Shown piece after piece: positions 1-10,296 of a stretch of DNA of 64,000 nucleotides (the stretch's first letter is position 1; each line of letters begins with the position of its first letter). The stretch is taken from the NCBI GenBank assembly GCA_903841185.1, contig CAIMIV010000042.1, positions 11,319 through 75,318 of the forward strand, in the 5' to 3' direction. The notes under the pieces were generated by a model. The model was not told where the DNA came from. It searched no databases and saw only the letters and a program-made list of their open reading frames with translations. This DNA is from an uncultured bacterium (lineage in GTDB: Bacteria > Patescibacteriota > Minisyncoccia > Moranbacterales > UBA2206). Position numbers and translations under genes: made by a program.

Positions 1-1
1 T

Positions 2-1111
2 CGTGTGCTGGAAAATATTAAGAAAATAGTGCGGGAAGAAATGAATGCTGTCGGTGGGCAAGAAGTGATGATGACCACTTTGCAACCGAAGGATATTTGG
101 GAAAAGACAGATCGCTGGGATGATGCCAAGGTGGATAACTGGTTCAAGACAAAGCTGGTTAACGGCACCGAGCTGGGTGTGGGGCTTACTCACGAGGAGC
201 CAATAGTGGATGCGGTTAGCAACTATTTGAATTCTTATAAGGATATGCCATTTGCGGTGTATCAGATTCAAAATAAATTTCGCAACGAGCTTAGGGCTAA
301 GAGTGGATTGTTGCGCGGTCGTGAATTTGTGATGAAGGATATGTATACATTTTGTCGCAATCATGAGCAACATGATCAGGAATATGAAAAAATAGTAGCG
401 ACCTATTATAAGGTTTACGATAGATTGGGGTTGGGTGCGATTACTTATCGAACTTACGCCGATGGTGGAATTTTTACCCCACGTTTTAGCGATGAATTTC
501 AAACGCTCAGTGAAGTGGGGGAAGATACGATTTATGTTGACGAGGCCAAGCGAATTGCTATTAATGAAGAAATTTATACTGATGAAAATCTGGCGAAGCT
601 GGGACTTAATAAGAGCGAACTCGTTGCTAAAAAAGGTATTGAAGTTGGAAATACTTTTCATCTGGAATCTAAATATACGGACGCGTTAGGTTTATATTAC
701 AAAGACGAAAAGGGTGAAAAGCAGTCAATTATTATGGGATGTTATGGTATTGGCGTTAGTCGCTTAATGGGAGTAATCGCGGAACTGTTTGCGGATGATA
801 AAGGTTTGATCTGGCCGGAGGCGATTGCACCTTTTCGAGTGCATTTGCTGAGTCTCAATCAAAACGAAAAAGCCCAAGAAATCTATGATGCGCTAAATGC
901 TGCCGGCGTGGAAGTGTTGTTTGATGATCGCGAGGTGAATGCCGGGGTGAAATTTGCCGATGCGGATTTGATGGGGATGCCCTTTCAACTGGTGGTGAGT
1001 GAGAAGAATATGCGGGACAATCGTGTGGAACTTAAAAATAGAAAAACCGGAGCGGTGGAATATATCCCCTTGGATAGTTCGGAGATAGTCAAATATTTTC
1101 AGAACAAATAA
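2..1111 (+). CDS. proS: prolyl-tRNA synthetase, C-terminal portion (5' end lies outside the window)
   Basis: The frame is open from the window edge. It contains class II aaRS motif 2-like RGREFVMKDMYTF, a GCYGIGVSRLMGVIAE motif 3 region and a C-terminal anticodon-binding-like domain, typical of ProRS. Confidence 0.75.
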   Translation, partial: RVLENIKKIVREEMNAVGGQEVMMTTLQPKDIWEKTDRWDDAKVDNWFKTKLVNGTELGVGLTHEEPIVDAVSNYLNSYKDMPFAVYQIQNKFRNELRAKSGLLRGREFVMKDMYTFCRNHEQHDQEYEKIVATYYKVYDRLGLGAITYRTYADGGIFTPRFSDEFQTLSEVGEDTIYVDEAKRIAINEEIYTDENLAKLGLNKSELVAKKGIEVGNTFHLESKYTDALGLYYKDEKGEKQSIIMGCYGIGVSRLMGVIAELFADDKGLIWPEAIAPFRVHLLSLNQNEKAQEIYDALNAAGVEVLFDDREVNAGVKFADADLMGMPFQLVVSEKNMRDNRVELKNRKTGAVEYIPLDSSEIVKYFQNK

Positions 1112-1127
1112 CCCAAGAGAAGAAAGA

Positions 1128-1160
1128 TACCGCTCCGCTAAAACGGGGCGGTAATTATTT
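1128..1160 (+). terminator. rho-independent terminator after proS
   Basis: A 10-bp stem taccgctccg/cggggcggta with loop ctaaaa is followed by a T-rich attattt. Confidence 0.45.
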
Positions 1161-1177
1161 GCGAATTAGAAAAATAT

Positions 1178-2965
1178 ATGAGTAAAAAAGAGAATAAGAA
1201 AAAACAGGAGGGGATTGATTTGAGGCGCTTTTGGACGCGTCTTTGGCGGCTGTTGGAACCCAGTCATAAGCAGATTATAAGATTGCTGTTCTTGACTATT
1301 GTGATAGAGATAATCAGCTTACTGGGTCCATATATGCTGAAATTGGTGATTGATAAAATTACTCATTTTGATGTGGCTCAAATAGGTAGCATCATTGGTT
1401 TGGTTATTGTAACATTTTTGGTTAATCAGTTGGTTTCAGTGACGGATTATTTTCGTGATCGAAGAGTATTTGATGTCTTGACGGATATTATCTCCTACCT
1501 GGCTAATAATGCACACAAAAAAATGGTATTTTTGAGTTTAGGCTATCACGAAAAAGAAAGCACCGGCAGTAAAATCATTAAAATCAGTCGGGGGATTGAT
1601 AAGATTGACAATTTGTTCGGCAATTTTTTCTGGGAAGTGGCGCCCACAATTTTTCAAGTGATTTTTACCGCCATTACGCTGTTTGTCATTGATTGGCGTT
1701 TTGCTATTATTATCATTATCTTTATACCGGCTTTTGTTTTTCTGACTGTGCGGGTTAATAAGATGGTATTTCCCTTTCGCAAAAAGCGTTTCGATGAGCA
1801 AGAAGTGGCTTCCGGGATGATGGCGCAATCTATTATTAATATCAATACGGTCAAATCTTTTGTGCAAGAATGGCGAGAATATGGGCGGTTTTCTCGGGCG
1901 ACGGAAAATATCAGAACAAGTATCTTGGGTGAATATCGCAAGATTTTGAAATACAACTTGTTGCGCAATTTGATCATTGATTTAGGGCGAGGATCAGTGT
2001 TGATGCTTGGCGTGTATTTGGTGATGCGTAGTCAGATTACCTTAGGAAGTTTAGTGTTTGTTTTCACTATCTCGGAAAAAGGTTTGATTTCCCTTTTCCG
2101 TGTTTCGCGATTGTATGATCGCATCATGGAATCCAGTGAAGCGGTGGAAAGATTGTATGTGCTGTCTACGGAAGAATCGGAAATAGAAAACAATCCCCAT
2201 GGTTTCAAACCGAAAAGCATTGAAGGGCAGATTGAATTCAAAGACCTTTCCTTCTATTATAACGATAGCAAAAATAGCGCCATCAGCCATGCCAGTTTTC
2301 AAATTTCTTCCAATTGTGTCACCGCGCTGGTGGGCCCTTCCGGCGGTGGCAAGACCACAGTGGTGCGTATGCTCTATCGGCATTATGATCCCAGCAGTGG
2401 ACAGATTTTGCTGGATGGCAGGGATCTGCGCGAATATGACCTATATGCTTTTCGCAAATTCATGGCTATCGTGCCTCAGGAAGTGGATATTTTTGATACT
2501 AGTGTCAAAGAAAATATTGCTTATGCCAAACCGGGAGCCAGTCAGGAAGAAATCGTGGCGGCGGCGCGCATTGCTAATGCTGAAGAGTTCATTTTGCAAC
2601 TGAATGCCGGTTATGATACGATGGTCGGCGAGCGCGGTATCAAATTGTCCGGCGGGCAAAGGCAACGGATCGGCATCGCGCGGGCCATTCTGGCTAATCC
2701 GAAAATTTTGATTTTCGACGAAGCCACGAGCAATTTGGATTCGCAAAGCGAACGCTTGATCCAGGATGCCATGGACAAGATTTCCAAAAACCGCACGGTG
2801 ATTATGATCGCTCATCGCTTGAGCACCATTCGCAAGGCGGACAAGATTATTGTCTTGGAAAAGGGACGAGTCATCGAATCCGGCAGTCATCACGAATTGG
2901 CCAAATCCGATGGCGGACTGTACCAAAAATTGCTCCAATTGCAGCAAATGGGGGAAGTGGATTAA
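1178..2965 (+). CDS. ABC transporter, fused permease/ATP-binding subunit (exporter half-transporter)
   Basis: Six N-terminal TM helices are followed by Walker A GPSGGGKTT, signature LSGGQRQRIGIARA, Walker B ILIFDEATS and H-loop IAHRL. Confidence 0.85.
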   Translation: MSKKENKKKQEGIDLRRFWTRLWRLLEPSHKQIIRLLFLTIVIEIISLLGPYMLKLVIDKITHFDVAQIGSIIGLVIVTFLVNQLVSVTDYFRDRRVFDVLTDIISYLANNAHKKMVFLSLGYHEKESTGSKIIKISRGIDKIDNLFGNFFWEVAPTIFQVIFTAITLFVIDWRFAIIIIIFIPAFVFLTVRVNKMVFPFRKKRFDEQEVASGMMAQSIININTVKSFVQEWREYGRFSRATENIRTSILGEYRKILKYNLLRNLIIDLGRGSVLMLGVYLVMRSQITLGSLVFVFTISEKGLISLFRVSRLYDRIMESSEAVERLYVLSTEESEIENNPHGFKPKSIEGQIEFKDLSFYYNDSKNSAISHASFQISSNCVTALVGPSGGGKTTVVRMLYRHYDPSSGQILLDGRDLREYDLYAFRKFMAIVPQEVDIFDTSVKENIAYAKPGASQEEIVAAARIANAEEFILQLNAGYDTMVGERGIKLSGGQRQRIGIARAILANPKILIFDEATSNLDSQSERLIQDAMDKISKNRTVIMIAHRLSTIRKADKIIVLEKGRVIESGSHHELAKSDGGLYQKLLQLQQMGEVD

Positions 2966-2986
2966 GAAAAAGACTAAATTGAAATT

Positions 2987-4777
2987 ATGAAAAAAAATAA
3001 GAATCCTTTAATAAACTTGTTGAAATATTCTTGGAGGTATTCGCCAAAAAAGAAATTTTTTGTGCTGTTTGTAATTCTTTCCATCATCGCTAATGCTATT
3101 GGACTGCTGGATATCATTTTGATCGGACGTGTTTTTAACTCCGTGCAATTTGATTCAGCTGATCCGAATTTGTTGACATATATTATAAAAAATTTAGCTT
3201 TGCTTGTGTTGGTGACGTTGGGGTTTTGGATATTTCATGGTATTTCTCGGATTATTGAAACGAAAAACGCCTTCCTGGTCAGAAAAAACTACAAAAAAGA
3301 AATGTTTGATCGCGTGATGGATTTGCCGGTCGAATGGCAGAAGGATAATCACAGCGGGGATACGATCAATAAGATAAATAAGGCTTCTGAGGCTTTGTTT
3401 GCTTTTTCCGAAGAGATTTTTACTGTGGTGCAGAATATTGTCAAATTGACCGGGTCAGTTCTGATTCTGTTCTTTTTTGATTGGAAGATGGCGCTCGTCG
3501 CAGTTTTCGTTTCTGTTCTGGCAGTTCTGACTTCCATAAGATTCGACAGGGTTTTAGAGGAGGGATATGAAAAAGTTTATCGAGCTGAGAATTATTTGGC
3601 TGCAGGCATCCATGATTATGTCAGTAATATTATAACTGTCATTTCTTTGCGATTGAAAGAAAAGGTTTCGCGGGAGATCAATAGCCGGTCGATGACAGCA
3701 TTCGGAGTCTTTAAGAAAAATACAGTGATTAATGAAGTTAAATGGTTTTCTATTGCCATGTATCTTTCGGTTGTTATTTCTGGAGTCTTGATTTACAACG
3801 CCTATGTTTCGTATAAGGCGACGGGGGTGATAGTGATGGGGACGTTGTTTGTTCTATATAGTTATTTGAAAAATGTGGGAGATTTCTTTTTCAATTTTGC
3901 GTGGATGTATAACGTGATGGTGCAGAGGAATACCGCTGTTTCTTTGGCAGAAACCATTTGTGATGAGCATGAAAAAATTACTCTGAAAAATAAAACTTAT
4001 TATTTGCCGGAAAATTGGAAGGTCTTGCAAATTAAGAATTTGAAATTCAGTTACAAGAAGAAGAGTGATGAGGATTATGTCGGAGAGAATATCAATGATA
4101 TTTCAATTTGCTTGGAAAGAAAAACAAAAGTTGCTCTGATTGGAGAAAGTGGCTCCGGTAAGAGCACGGTTCTAGCGCTTATTCGGGGACTGCACAATGC
4201 AGAAAAGGCGAATGTTTATTGCGATGGGAAAAAACTGTCTAATGGGATGGAACATTTCTATGAACACTCGGCTTTGGTGCCGCAGGATCCCGAAATTTTT
4301 AATGCTTCTGTAGAGGAGAACATAACTATGGGCATAAAAAATGAGCTTTCTGAGGTTAAGAACGTTATTCGCTACGCCTGTTTTGATACGGTATTGGCAC
4401 GTTTGAAAAAAGGACTAAAAACTAATGTGCTAGAAAAAGGCGTTTCATTGAGTGGTGGAGAAAAACAGCGCTTAGCTCTGGCGCGCGGGTTGCTCATGGC
4501 TAAAAAATACGACTTTTTACTCTTAGATGAGCCGACCAGTAGCGTAGACAGTGAAAATGAGTTGAATATTTATAAACATATCTTTGAGAATTATAAAGAA
4601 AAGACCATTATTTCTGCCATTCATCGATTGCATCTATTGAGATATTTTGATTACATCTATTTTTTCGAAAAAGGAAAAATAATTGCGGAGGGAAATTTCA
4701 ATACATTATTGAATGATGAAAAATTTAAAATTCTTTGGAGTAACTATTCAAAAAGCCAATCCGATACTAACGCTTAA
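2987..4777 (+). CDS. ABC transporter, fused permease/ATP-binding subunit (probable heterodimer partner)
   Basis: A TM domain precedes Walker A GESGSGKST, signature LSGGEKQRLALARG, Walker B LLLDEPTSSVD and H-loop AIHRL. It lies 21 bp after the previous gene. Confidence 0.85.
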   Translation: MKKNKNPLINLLKYSWRYSPKKKFFVLFVILSIIANAIGLLDIILIGRVFNSVQFDSADPNLLTYIIKNLALLVLVTLGFWIFHGISRIIETKNAFLVRKNYKKEMFDRVMDLPVEWQKDNHSGDTINKINKASEALFAFSEEIFTVVQNIVKLTGSVLILFFFDWKMALVAVFVSVLAVLTSIRFDRVLEEGYEKVYRAENYLAAGIHDYVSNIITVISLRLKEKVSREINSRSMTAFGVFKKNTVINEVKWFSIAMYLSVVISGVLIYNAYVSYKATGVIVMGTLFVLYSYLKNVGDFFFNFAWMYNVMVQRNTAVSLAETICDEHEKITLKNKTYYLPENWKVLQIKNLKFSYKKKSDEDYVGENINDISICLERKTKVALIGESGSGKSTVLALIRGLHNAEKANVYCDGKKLSNGMEHFYEHSALVPQDPEIFNASVEENITMGIKNELSEVKNVIRYACFDTVLARLKKGLKTNVLEKGVSLSGGEKQRLALARGLLMAKKYDFLLLDEPTSSVDSENELNIYKHIFENYKEKTIISAIHRLHLLRYFDYIYFFEKGKIIAEGNFNTLLNDEKFKILWSNYSKSQSDTNA

Positions 4778-4788
4778 ATAATAATTTT

Positions 4789-5286
4789 ATGGAAGTATAT
4801 AAATTAAAGTCAGAAGAATGGCAGGTATATAAGAATTTACGGCTAGAGGCTTTGCAACAAGTTCCAGTAGCCTTCGGCGCCTCATATGAAGAGTCAATGA
4901 GGATGACTAATGATGAGTGGCGAGGAAAATTGGAAAATCCAAAGAGTCATGTTTTTGTCGCTCGAGATGGAGATGATTATGTCGGCATGGCGGCGGCTTA
5001 TCAAGAACAAGGTGAAAAAATGGCACATATTGGTTATATTTGGGGCGTGTATGTGCGGGACACCTATCGCGGACAAAAACTGGGCAAGCAATTGTTGCAA
5101 GCAGTGTTGGATGAATTGATGAGCAACAAGGAAATTGAAAAAGTAAACTTGAACGTGAATGTTGCGCAACTTGCGGCAGTGAAGTTATACGAAACATTTG
5201 GCTTCCAAATTGCTGGCACGTTGCACAAAGAAATGAAGATTGGTAATGAGTATATTGATGAATATGTGATGGAAAGGATATTTTAA
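4789..5286 (+). CDS. GNAT family N-acetyltransferase
   Basis: Size is 165 aa. The acetyl-CoA binding motif region RGQKLGKQLLQAVLDEL is typical of GNAT. Confidence 0.6.
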   Translation: MEVYKLKSEEWQVYKNLRLEALQQVPVAFGASYEESMRMTNDEWRGKLENPKSHVFVARDGDDYVGMAAAYQEQGEKMAHIGYIWGVYVRDTYRGQKLGKQLLQAVLDELMSNKEIEKVNLNVNVAQLAAVKLYETFGFQIAGTLHKEMKIGNEYIDEYVMERIF

Positions 5287-5303
5287 ATGAGTAAAATGAA
5301 TAT

Positions 5304-5882
5304 ATGCATAGAAAAATAATCTTAGCCTCCGGTTCTCCTCGACGCAAGGAGTTGTTGGAGCGATTGGGTTTGGCATTTGAAGTCGTGAGCAGCAATTATG
5401 AGGAGGATATGAGTTTGACTATGTCGCCATTGGAGCTGGCTAAATTTTTGTCGCAGGGCAAGGCGCAGGAAGTAGCTCGCAAATATACTAACCACCTTAT
5501 TATCGCGGCGGATACTTTTGTAGCGTTGGGAACTGAACTGCTGGGCAAGCCTCATACGGAAGCGGCTGCAGAGAAAATGCTGGAAAAAATCAGTGGCCAA
5601 GTGGTGTCGATTATCACCGGTTACACGGTAATGGATAGTGCTAGCAATAAAATAATTTCCGAGGCGGTGGAAGCTCGGGTACATATTAAAAAACTAACTG
5701 AGGAGGAAATTGCCAATTATATCCAAACTAAAGAACCTCTGGATAAGGCCGGTGCTTTTGCGGTGCAGGGCATCGGAGCGGTGATTATTGAAAAAACAGA
5801 AGGGGATTTTTTCGGCATCGTGGGCTTACCTCTCTATGCTTTAGCTAAAACACTCAAAAAATTTGGCGTGCAGGTGATTTAG
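5304..5882 (+). CDS. maf: Maf-like nucleoside triphosphate pyrophosphatase (septum formation protein Maf)
   Basis: The N-terminus IILASGSPRRKELLERLGL and a length of 192 aa fit the Maf family. Confidence 0.8.
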   Translation: MHRKIILASGSPRRKELLERLGLAFEVVSSNYEEDMSLTMSPLELAKFLSQGKAQEVARKYTNHLIIAADTFVALGTELLGKPHTEAAAEKMLEKISGQVVSIITGYTVMDSASNKIISEAVEARVHIKKLTEEEIANYIQTKEPLDKAGAFAVQGIGAVIIEKTEGDFFGIVGLPLYALAKTLKKFGVQVI

Positions 5883-5911
5883 CTGCATAGCGATGAAAAT
5901 CTTCCAGGGTG

Positions 5912-5940
5912 TTGTAAAATAGCGGGAAATGCTGTATATT
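5912..5940 (+). promoter_or_regulatory. candidate sigma70-type promoter upstream of response regulator gene
   Basis: TTGTAA, a 17-nt spacer, then TATATT, about 37 nt upstream of the ATG at 5977. Confidence 0.3.
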
Positions 5941-5976
5941 TAAGAGAGAAACTAAATCTTTAGGAACTATAAAAAA

Positions 5977-6789
5977 ATGACCAAAATTATTATTGTAGAG
6001 GATGACCCGATGATCTCGGAAATCTATCATCGAAAATTTTCTGAATCCGACTTTGAGGTGTTGATTGCCACTAGTGCGGAACAGGCGCTTAATTTGGCGA
6101 AAACCGAGGAGAATGTTGATTTGGTTATGACGGATCTCATTATGCCCAAGATGGATGGCTTTGAATTGATTGAAGCTTTGCGGGGTGGGGATTATGATGA
6201 AAATATCAAAATCATCGTGACCAGCAACCTGAGCGAGCAGGCAGATCGGGAACGGGCGGCGACGCTCGGCGCCAATGGTTTTGTAGCGAAATCGGATTAT
6301 AGTCCCAGTGAGCTGGTGACTGAAGTGGAGAGATTAATGGATCAATATCAGCAACAGCAGAAAAATTCATCTAAGATAGAAAATTCTCAAAAGGGCGAAG
6401 GACATTCCAACGGCAAGAAAGTGTTATTGATTGAGGATGAGGAGATTTTCATCGAGATGTTTGGGGATAAATTGCGGCAAGATGGTTTCATAGTAGAAGC
6501 GGCCAGGAACGGGGCTTGGGGGGTGAAAGAAGTCATGAAAAATCCTTATGATCTTTTGGTGGTCGACATGGTCATGCCGGCCATGACGGGAGAGGAAATG
6601 GTGGCCAGAATCAAACTTAATGAAGATACGAAAAACATCCCCATTATTGTCCTATCAGCTTCTGTTGAGGAAGATGTGGCTAAGCGAGTGAAGGAGATGG
6701 GAGTGCAAGCTTTTTTTGTGAAAACCCAAATCACCCCAAGCATGTTGAGTCGAAAAGTTGAGGAGCTGCTAGGCATATTAGCAGCATAA
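5977..6789 (+). CDS. response regulator with two tandem receiver (REC) domains and no output domain
   Basis: REC1 spans IIIVEDDPM to DLVMTDLIMPKMDG; REC2 spans VLLIEDEE to DLLVVDMVMPAMTG. A Gln-rich linker QYQQQQ lies between them. Confidence 0.75.
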   Translation: MTKIIIVEDDPMISEIYHRKFSESDFEVLIATSAEQALNLAKTEENVDLVMTDLIMPKMDGFELIEALRGGDYDENIKIIVTSNLSEQADRERAATLGANGFVAKSDYSPSELVTEVERLMDQYQQQQKNSSKIENSQKGEGHSNGKKVLLIEDEEIFIEMFGDKLRQDGFIVEAARNGAWGVKEVMKNPYDLLVVDMVMPAMTGEEMVARIKLNEDTKNIPIIVLSASVEEDVAKRVKEMGVQAFFVKTQITPSMLSRKVEELLGILAA

Positions 6790-6862
6790 AAATAATTATA
6801 TATAGACCTGTCGCGTAATAACTCACTACTGCAACTTATTAAGCAACAGATCTAAAAAAGAT

Positions 6863-8182
6863 ATGGAAAGAACATTGATTGAAAAAACCCCCGGTTTAGT
6901 GGGTCAGATAATTAAGTTGAGAGGCTGGGTCAGTATTCGTCGTGACCATGGCAAGCTGATCTTTATTGATTTACGTGATCGCACTGGCAAGATTCAAATG
7001 GTGATTATCCCGGACAAGGAAGAAGCCTACAACGCGGCCAAGGAAGTACGCAATGAATATATTATTGAAGTGGAAGGCTTGGTGAAAGCCCGTCCGGGAG
7101 GAGCCAAGAACGAAAAAACCCCCACCGGTGGCGTGGAGATTGAGGTGGAAAAATTATTGGTGATTACCAAACCAGAGGTGGAATTTCCTGTTAATATCGC
7201 GGATGAAGAAATGAATTTGCAACTGGAAACTTTGCTGGATAATCGGACGGTTACTTTGCGCAACGAAAAAATCAAAGCTATTTTCAAGATCTATGCCGAG
7301 ATGGTGGGTGCTTATGCCAGATTTATGAAAGGCGAGAGTTTTGTGGAAATCAAAACGCCTAAAATTCTTAATTCCGCCACGGAAGGAGGGGCAAATTTTT
7401 TCAAAATAAAATATTTTGACCAGGATGCCTATCTGGCGCAAAGTCCGCAGTTCTATAAGCAAGCCGGAGCGGCGGTTTTTGAACGTGTGTTTGAAATAGG
7501 TTCTGTTTTTCGCGCCGAGCCTCACTATACGACCAGGCACGTCAATGAATATATTGGACTGGATGCAGAAATGGCTTTTATCGACAGTTTCGAGGAGGTG
7601 ATGGACGAGCTGGAAAAAACTATGCAATATGTGATAGGTGAAATTGCCAAAAATTGTCCAGCAGAGCTGGCTCTATACGGAGTGGAAATCTCGCCGGTAG
7701 AAAAAATCCCCAGAATGAAATTGACAGAAGCTTTGGAAATTTTAGATAAAGAATATGGGAAAAAAATGGAAGACGTGGATATTGATGCGGAAGGGGAACG
7801 CTTGATTTGCGAATGGGTGAAGAAAAATCACAACAGTGATTTCGTGTTTTTGACGCACTATCCGACCAACATCCGGCCGTTTTATTCTATGCCCAGTCCT
7901 GATCCGCAATACACCGAAACTTTTGACTTGTTATTTATGGGCGTGGAAATCGCCAGTGGTGGCCAGCGGATTCATGACTACAACCAACTGGTGGCCAGCA
8001 TGAAAAAACATCATCTCAATCCGGAAGATTTTGCGCATTATTTGGATATTTTCAAATATGGCATTCCTCCACATGGCGGATGGGGATTGGGTTCAGAGCG
8101 CATCGTGCAAAAAATTCTTGGCTTGGGCAGCATCAAAGAGGCGGTGCTTTTCCCGCGAGACGTGAAAAGACTGACGCCCTAA
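6863..8182 (+). CDS. aspS: aspartyl-tRNA synthetase, archaeal/eukaryal type (type 2, probably non-discriminating)
   Basis: Size is 439 aa. Motifs TPKILNSATEGGANFF, FRAEPHYTTRHVNE, GGQRIHDY, YGIPPHGGWGLGSERI and C-terminal FPRDVKRLTP match archaeal-type AspRS closely. Confidence 0.85.
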   Translation: MERTLIEKTPGLVGQIIKLRGWVSIRRDHGKLIFIDLRDRTGKIQMVIIPDKEEAYNAAKEVRNEYIIEVEGLVKARPGGAKNEKTPTGGVEIEVEKLLVITKPEVEFPVNIADEEMNLQLETLLDNRTVTLRNEKIKAIFKIYAEMVGAYARFMKGESFVEIKTPKILNSATEGGANFFKIKYFDQDAYLAQSPQFYKQAGAAVFERVFEIGSVFRAEPHYTTRHVNEYIGLDAEMAFIDSFEEVMDELEKTMQYVIGEIAKNCPAELALYGVEISPVEKIPRMKLTEALEILDKEYGKKMEDVDIDAEGERLICEWVKKNHNSDFVFLTHYPTNIRPFYSMPSPDPQYTETFDLLFMGVEIASGGQRIHDYNQLVASMKKHHLNPEDFAHYLDIFKYGIPPHGGWGLGSERIVQKILGLGSIKEAVLFPRDVKRLTP

Positions 8183-8232
8183 ATAGCCAATAATCTTATT
8201 GCCCAACAGGTTTAATAAAAACAAAAAAAATT

Positions 8233-9405
8233 ATGCACACAGAACACTTGGACGAAAATAAATTGCGCCTAACCAGTTTTGTTACTTTCTTGATGGGCTT
8301 TGCCCAAGCCATGTTGGCCTACATCCTGTCTTCCTATTTTAAGTTGGCCAGCGGTACTGAGAGTATCGGCATATTCTACGGTTTTTCCTATATCGTTTTT
8401 TTGTTGATAGTGCTCAATTTGCATAAGCTGGTGCGCTGGTGGGGGAAAGCGAGTATTTTTTATTTTTCCCTGCTGGCAAAAATTGTTATTTTGACCTTGC
8501 TGATTTTCGTGGATCCCTCCAAAATGGCTGTTTTTTTGATGATGCTATACATTATTTTTGGCAGTCTGGAATGGGTGGCGTTGGATACGATTGTGGAAAG
8601 TTTTTCCGTGGACCGAATGTCCGGACGAATTCGCGGTTTGCATTTGACGATTGTCAATGCGGGATTTTTGTTTGGGCCGTTTGTTTCAACTTTCATTTTG
8701 GGGAAGATGGATTTTTACGGGGTTTTTGTCATGGCGCTAGTTTTTAACTGCTTTGTTTTTATCTTCTCTTTGATAGGCTTCCGTCATGTGAATCATAAAT
8801 TTGAGCAAAAATTGAAGATAGCCGATGTCTTGCGGAAAATTGTGGTGCGAAAAAATATTCTGCGCATCTACTATATCTCATTGGTACTTGATTTTTTCTA
8901 CGCCTTGATGACCATCTATACCCCTATTTATCTGAAGGATCTGGGTTATTCTTGGGAGCAGATTGGTGTTATTTTCACTATCATGCTATTGCCTTTTGTG
9001 GTGGTGCAATATCCGATGGGCCGGTTGGCGGACAAGCGAACCGGGGAAAAAGAATTTATCATTTTATCGCTTTTGGTGATGGCCGCCTCCACTATCGCGA
9101 TTTATTTCATCGGTACGGGAACGGTTTTTCTTTGGGCACTGGTGCTCTTTGTTACCAGAATCGGAGCGGCTCTTTTGGAAATTCTGCGGGATTCTTATTT
9201 TTTCAAAAAAATTGATGCGGCTGACGTCGACATTATCGGCTTCTTTCGTACTTCGGTTCCGGTGGCCTATATTGCCGCCACGCTGTTTTCCGCCTTGATC
9301 GTTTTTTTCTTATCCATGCGATATGCTTTTATTTTGTCCGGACTGGTGACGCTTTCTGCTTTGTATCCGGCTTTTAAGCTCCGGGATAATAAAGCGGAGA
9401 AATAA
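8233..9405 (+). CDS. MFS transporter
   Basis: About 12 predicted TM helices. An MFS motif A-like MGRLADKRTGEKE lies between TM helices. Confidence 0.6.
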   Translation: MHTEHLDENKLRLTSFVTFLMGFAQAMLAYILSSYFKLASGTESIGIFYGFSYIVFLLIVLNLHKLVRWWGKASIFYFSLLAKIVILTLLIFVDPSKMAVFLMMLYIIFGSLEWVALDTIVESFSVDRMSGRIRGLHLTIVNAGFLFGPFVSTFILGKMDFYGVFVMALVFNCFVFIFSLIGFRHVNHKFEQKLKIADVLRKIVVRKNILRIYYISLVLDFFYALMTIYTPIYLKDLGYSWEQIGVIFTIMLLPFVVVQYPMGRLADKRTGEKEFIILSLLVMAASTIAIYFIGTGTVFLWALVLFVTRIGAALLEILRDSYFFKKIDAADVDIIGFFRTSVPVAYIAATLFSALIVFFLSMRYAFILSGLVTLSALYPAFKLRDNKAEK

Positions 9406-9540
9406 ATTATAGAGTGGAAAAAATGGAGAATACCCCCATTTCAAGGTTATTTGGAGTAATTTGAAAAAAAAGAGAATTAGTGCTATGATAGATGAGTATT
9501 TAACCTCATTGGCGGGCAAGACAGATGGATATTTTGAATT

Positions 9541-10263
9541 ATGATTTATAACGTAAAAACGGACAAATTTGAAGGCCCCATGGAGTTGCTCTTGGAGCTG
9601 ATTGAAAAGGAAAAGCTCAGTATCACTGAACTGAGTTTGGCGCATGTCGCCAATCAATATCTGGAATATATCCGGCAGGAAGAGGGCATTAAGTTGGAGC
9701 ATTTGGCGGAATTTCTGGCGGTCGCTGCTAAGCTGATTTTGATAAAATCCAGAGCGCTTCTGCCTATGCTGGAGTTCACAGAAGAAGAGGAGGAGGAAAT
9801 CAAGGATCTAGCTCAACAACTGGCGGAATATAAAAAGTTCAAAGAGGCGTCGCTGGTGCTGGGCAATATGAGTGAGGCGGGAAAGATTAGTTATAACCGA
9901 CCTAATTTTGTCGGAGTGCAAACTATTTTCTATCCCCCGGAGGATATTAATATCTATGATTTCAGAAAATATTTTCAGCTGGTGTTGCAAGAAATTCCCA
10001 TTATTGAAAAGCTAGACGAAGAAACGGTGCGCGAAGTGATTACGCTGGAAGAGAAGATTAATGACCTGCAGAACACGTTGCGACAAAGAGTGGAAATGTC
10101 CTTTGCGGAACTGACACAGGGTGCTGTGGACAAAATTGACGTCATTCTCTCCTTTCTGGCGATGCTGGAAATGGTGAAGCAACGTATTATTGACGTGGAG
10201 CAGGGTGAGCTATTCCAGGAAATACGACTAAAACATAAAACTGTTAATAATAGTAGTGTATAA
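9541..10263 (+). CDS. scpA: segregation and condensation protein A
   Basis: N-terminus FEGPMELLLELIEKEKLSITELSLAHVANQYLEYI and a length of 240 aa fit ScpA. Confidence 0.8.
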   Translation: MIYNVKTDKFEGPMELLLELIEKEKLSITELSLAHVANQYLEYIRQEEGIKLEHLAEFLAVAAKLILIKSRALLPMLEFTEEEEEEIKDLAQQLAEYKKFKEASLVLGNMSEAGKISYNRPNFVGVQTIFYPPEDINIYDFRKYFQLVLQEIPIIEKLDEETVREVITLEEKINDLQNTLRQRVEMSFAELTQGAVDKIDVILSFLAMLEMVKQRIIDVEQGELFQEIRLKHKTVNNSSV

Positions 10264-10296
10264 AAGTTAAAAGATACAATAATCAAGACACAATAA

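Noticed and set aside
1538-2947. Several minus-strand ORFs of 60-170 aa overlapping the ABC transporter genes, and similar antisense ORFs inside many other genes (e.g. 36794-37444, 31053-31724, 7154-7627, 17842-18405).
   Set aside because: They lie wholly within much longer, motif-rich ORFs on the opposite strand, lack any recognisable motif and have biased shadow-frame composition. They are treated as non-coding.
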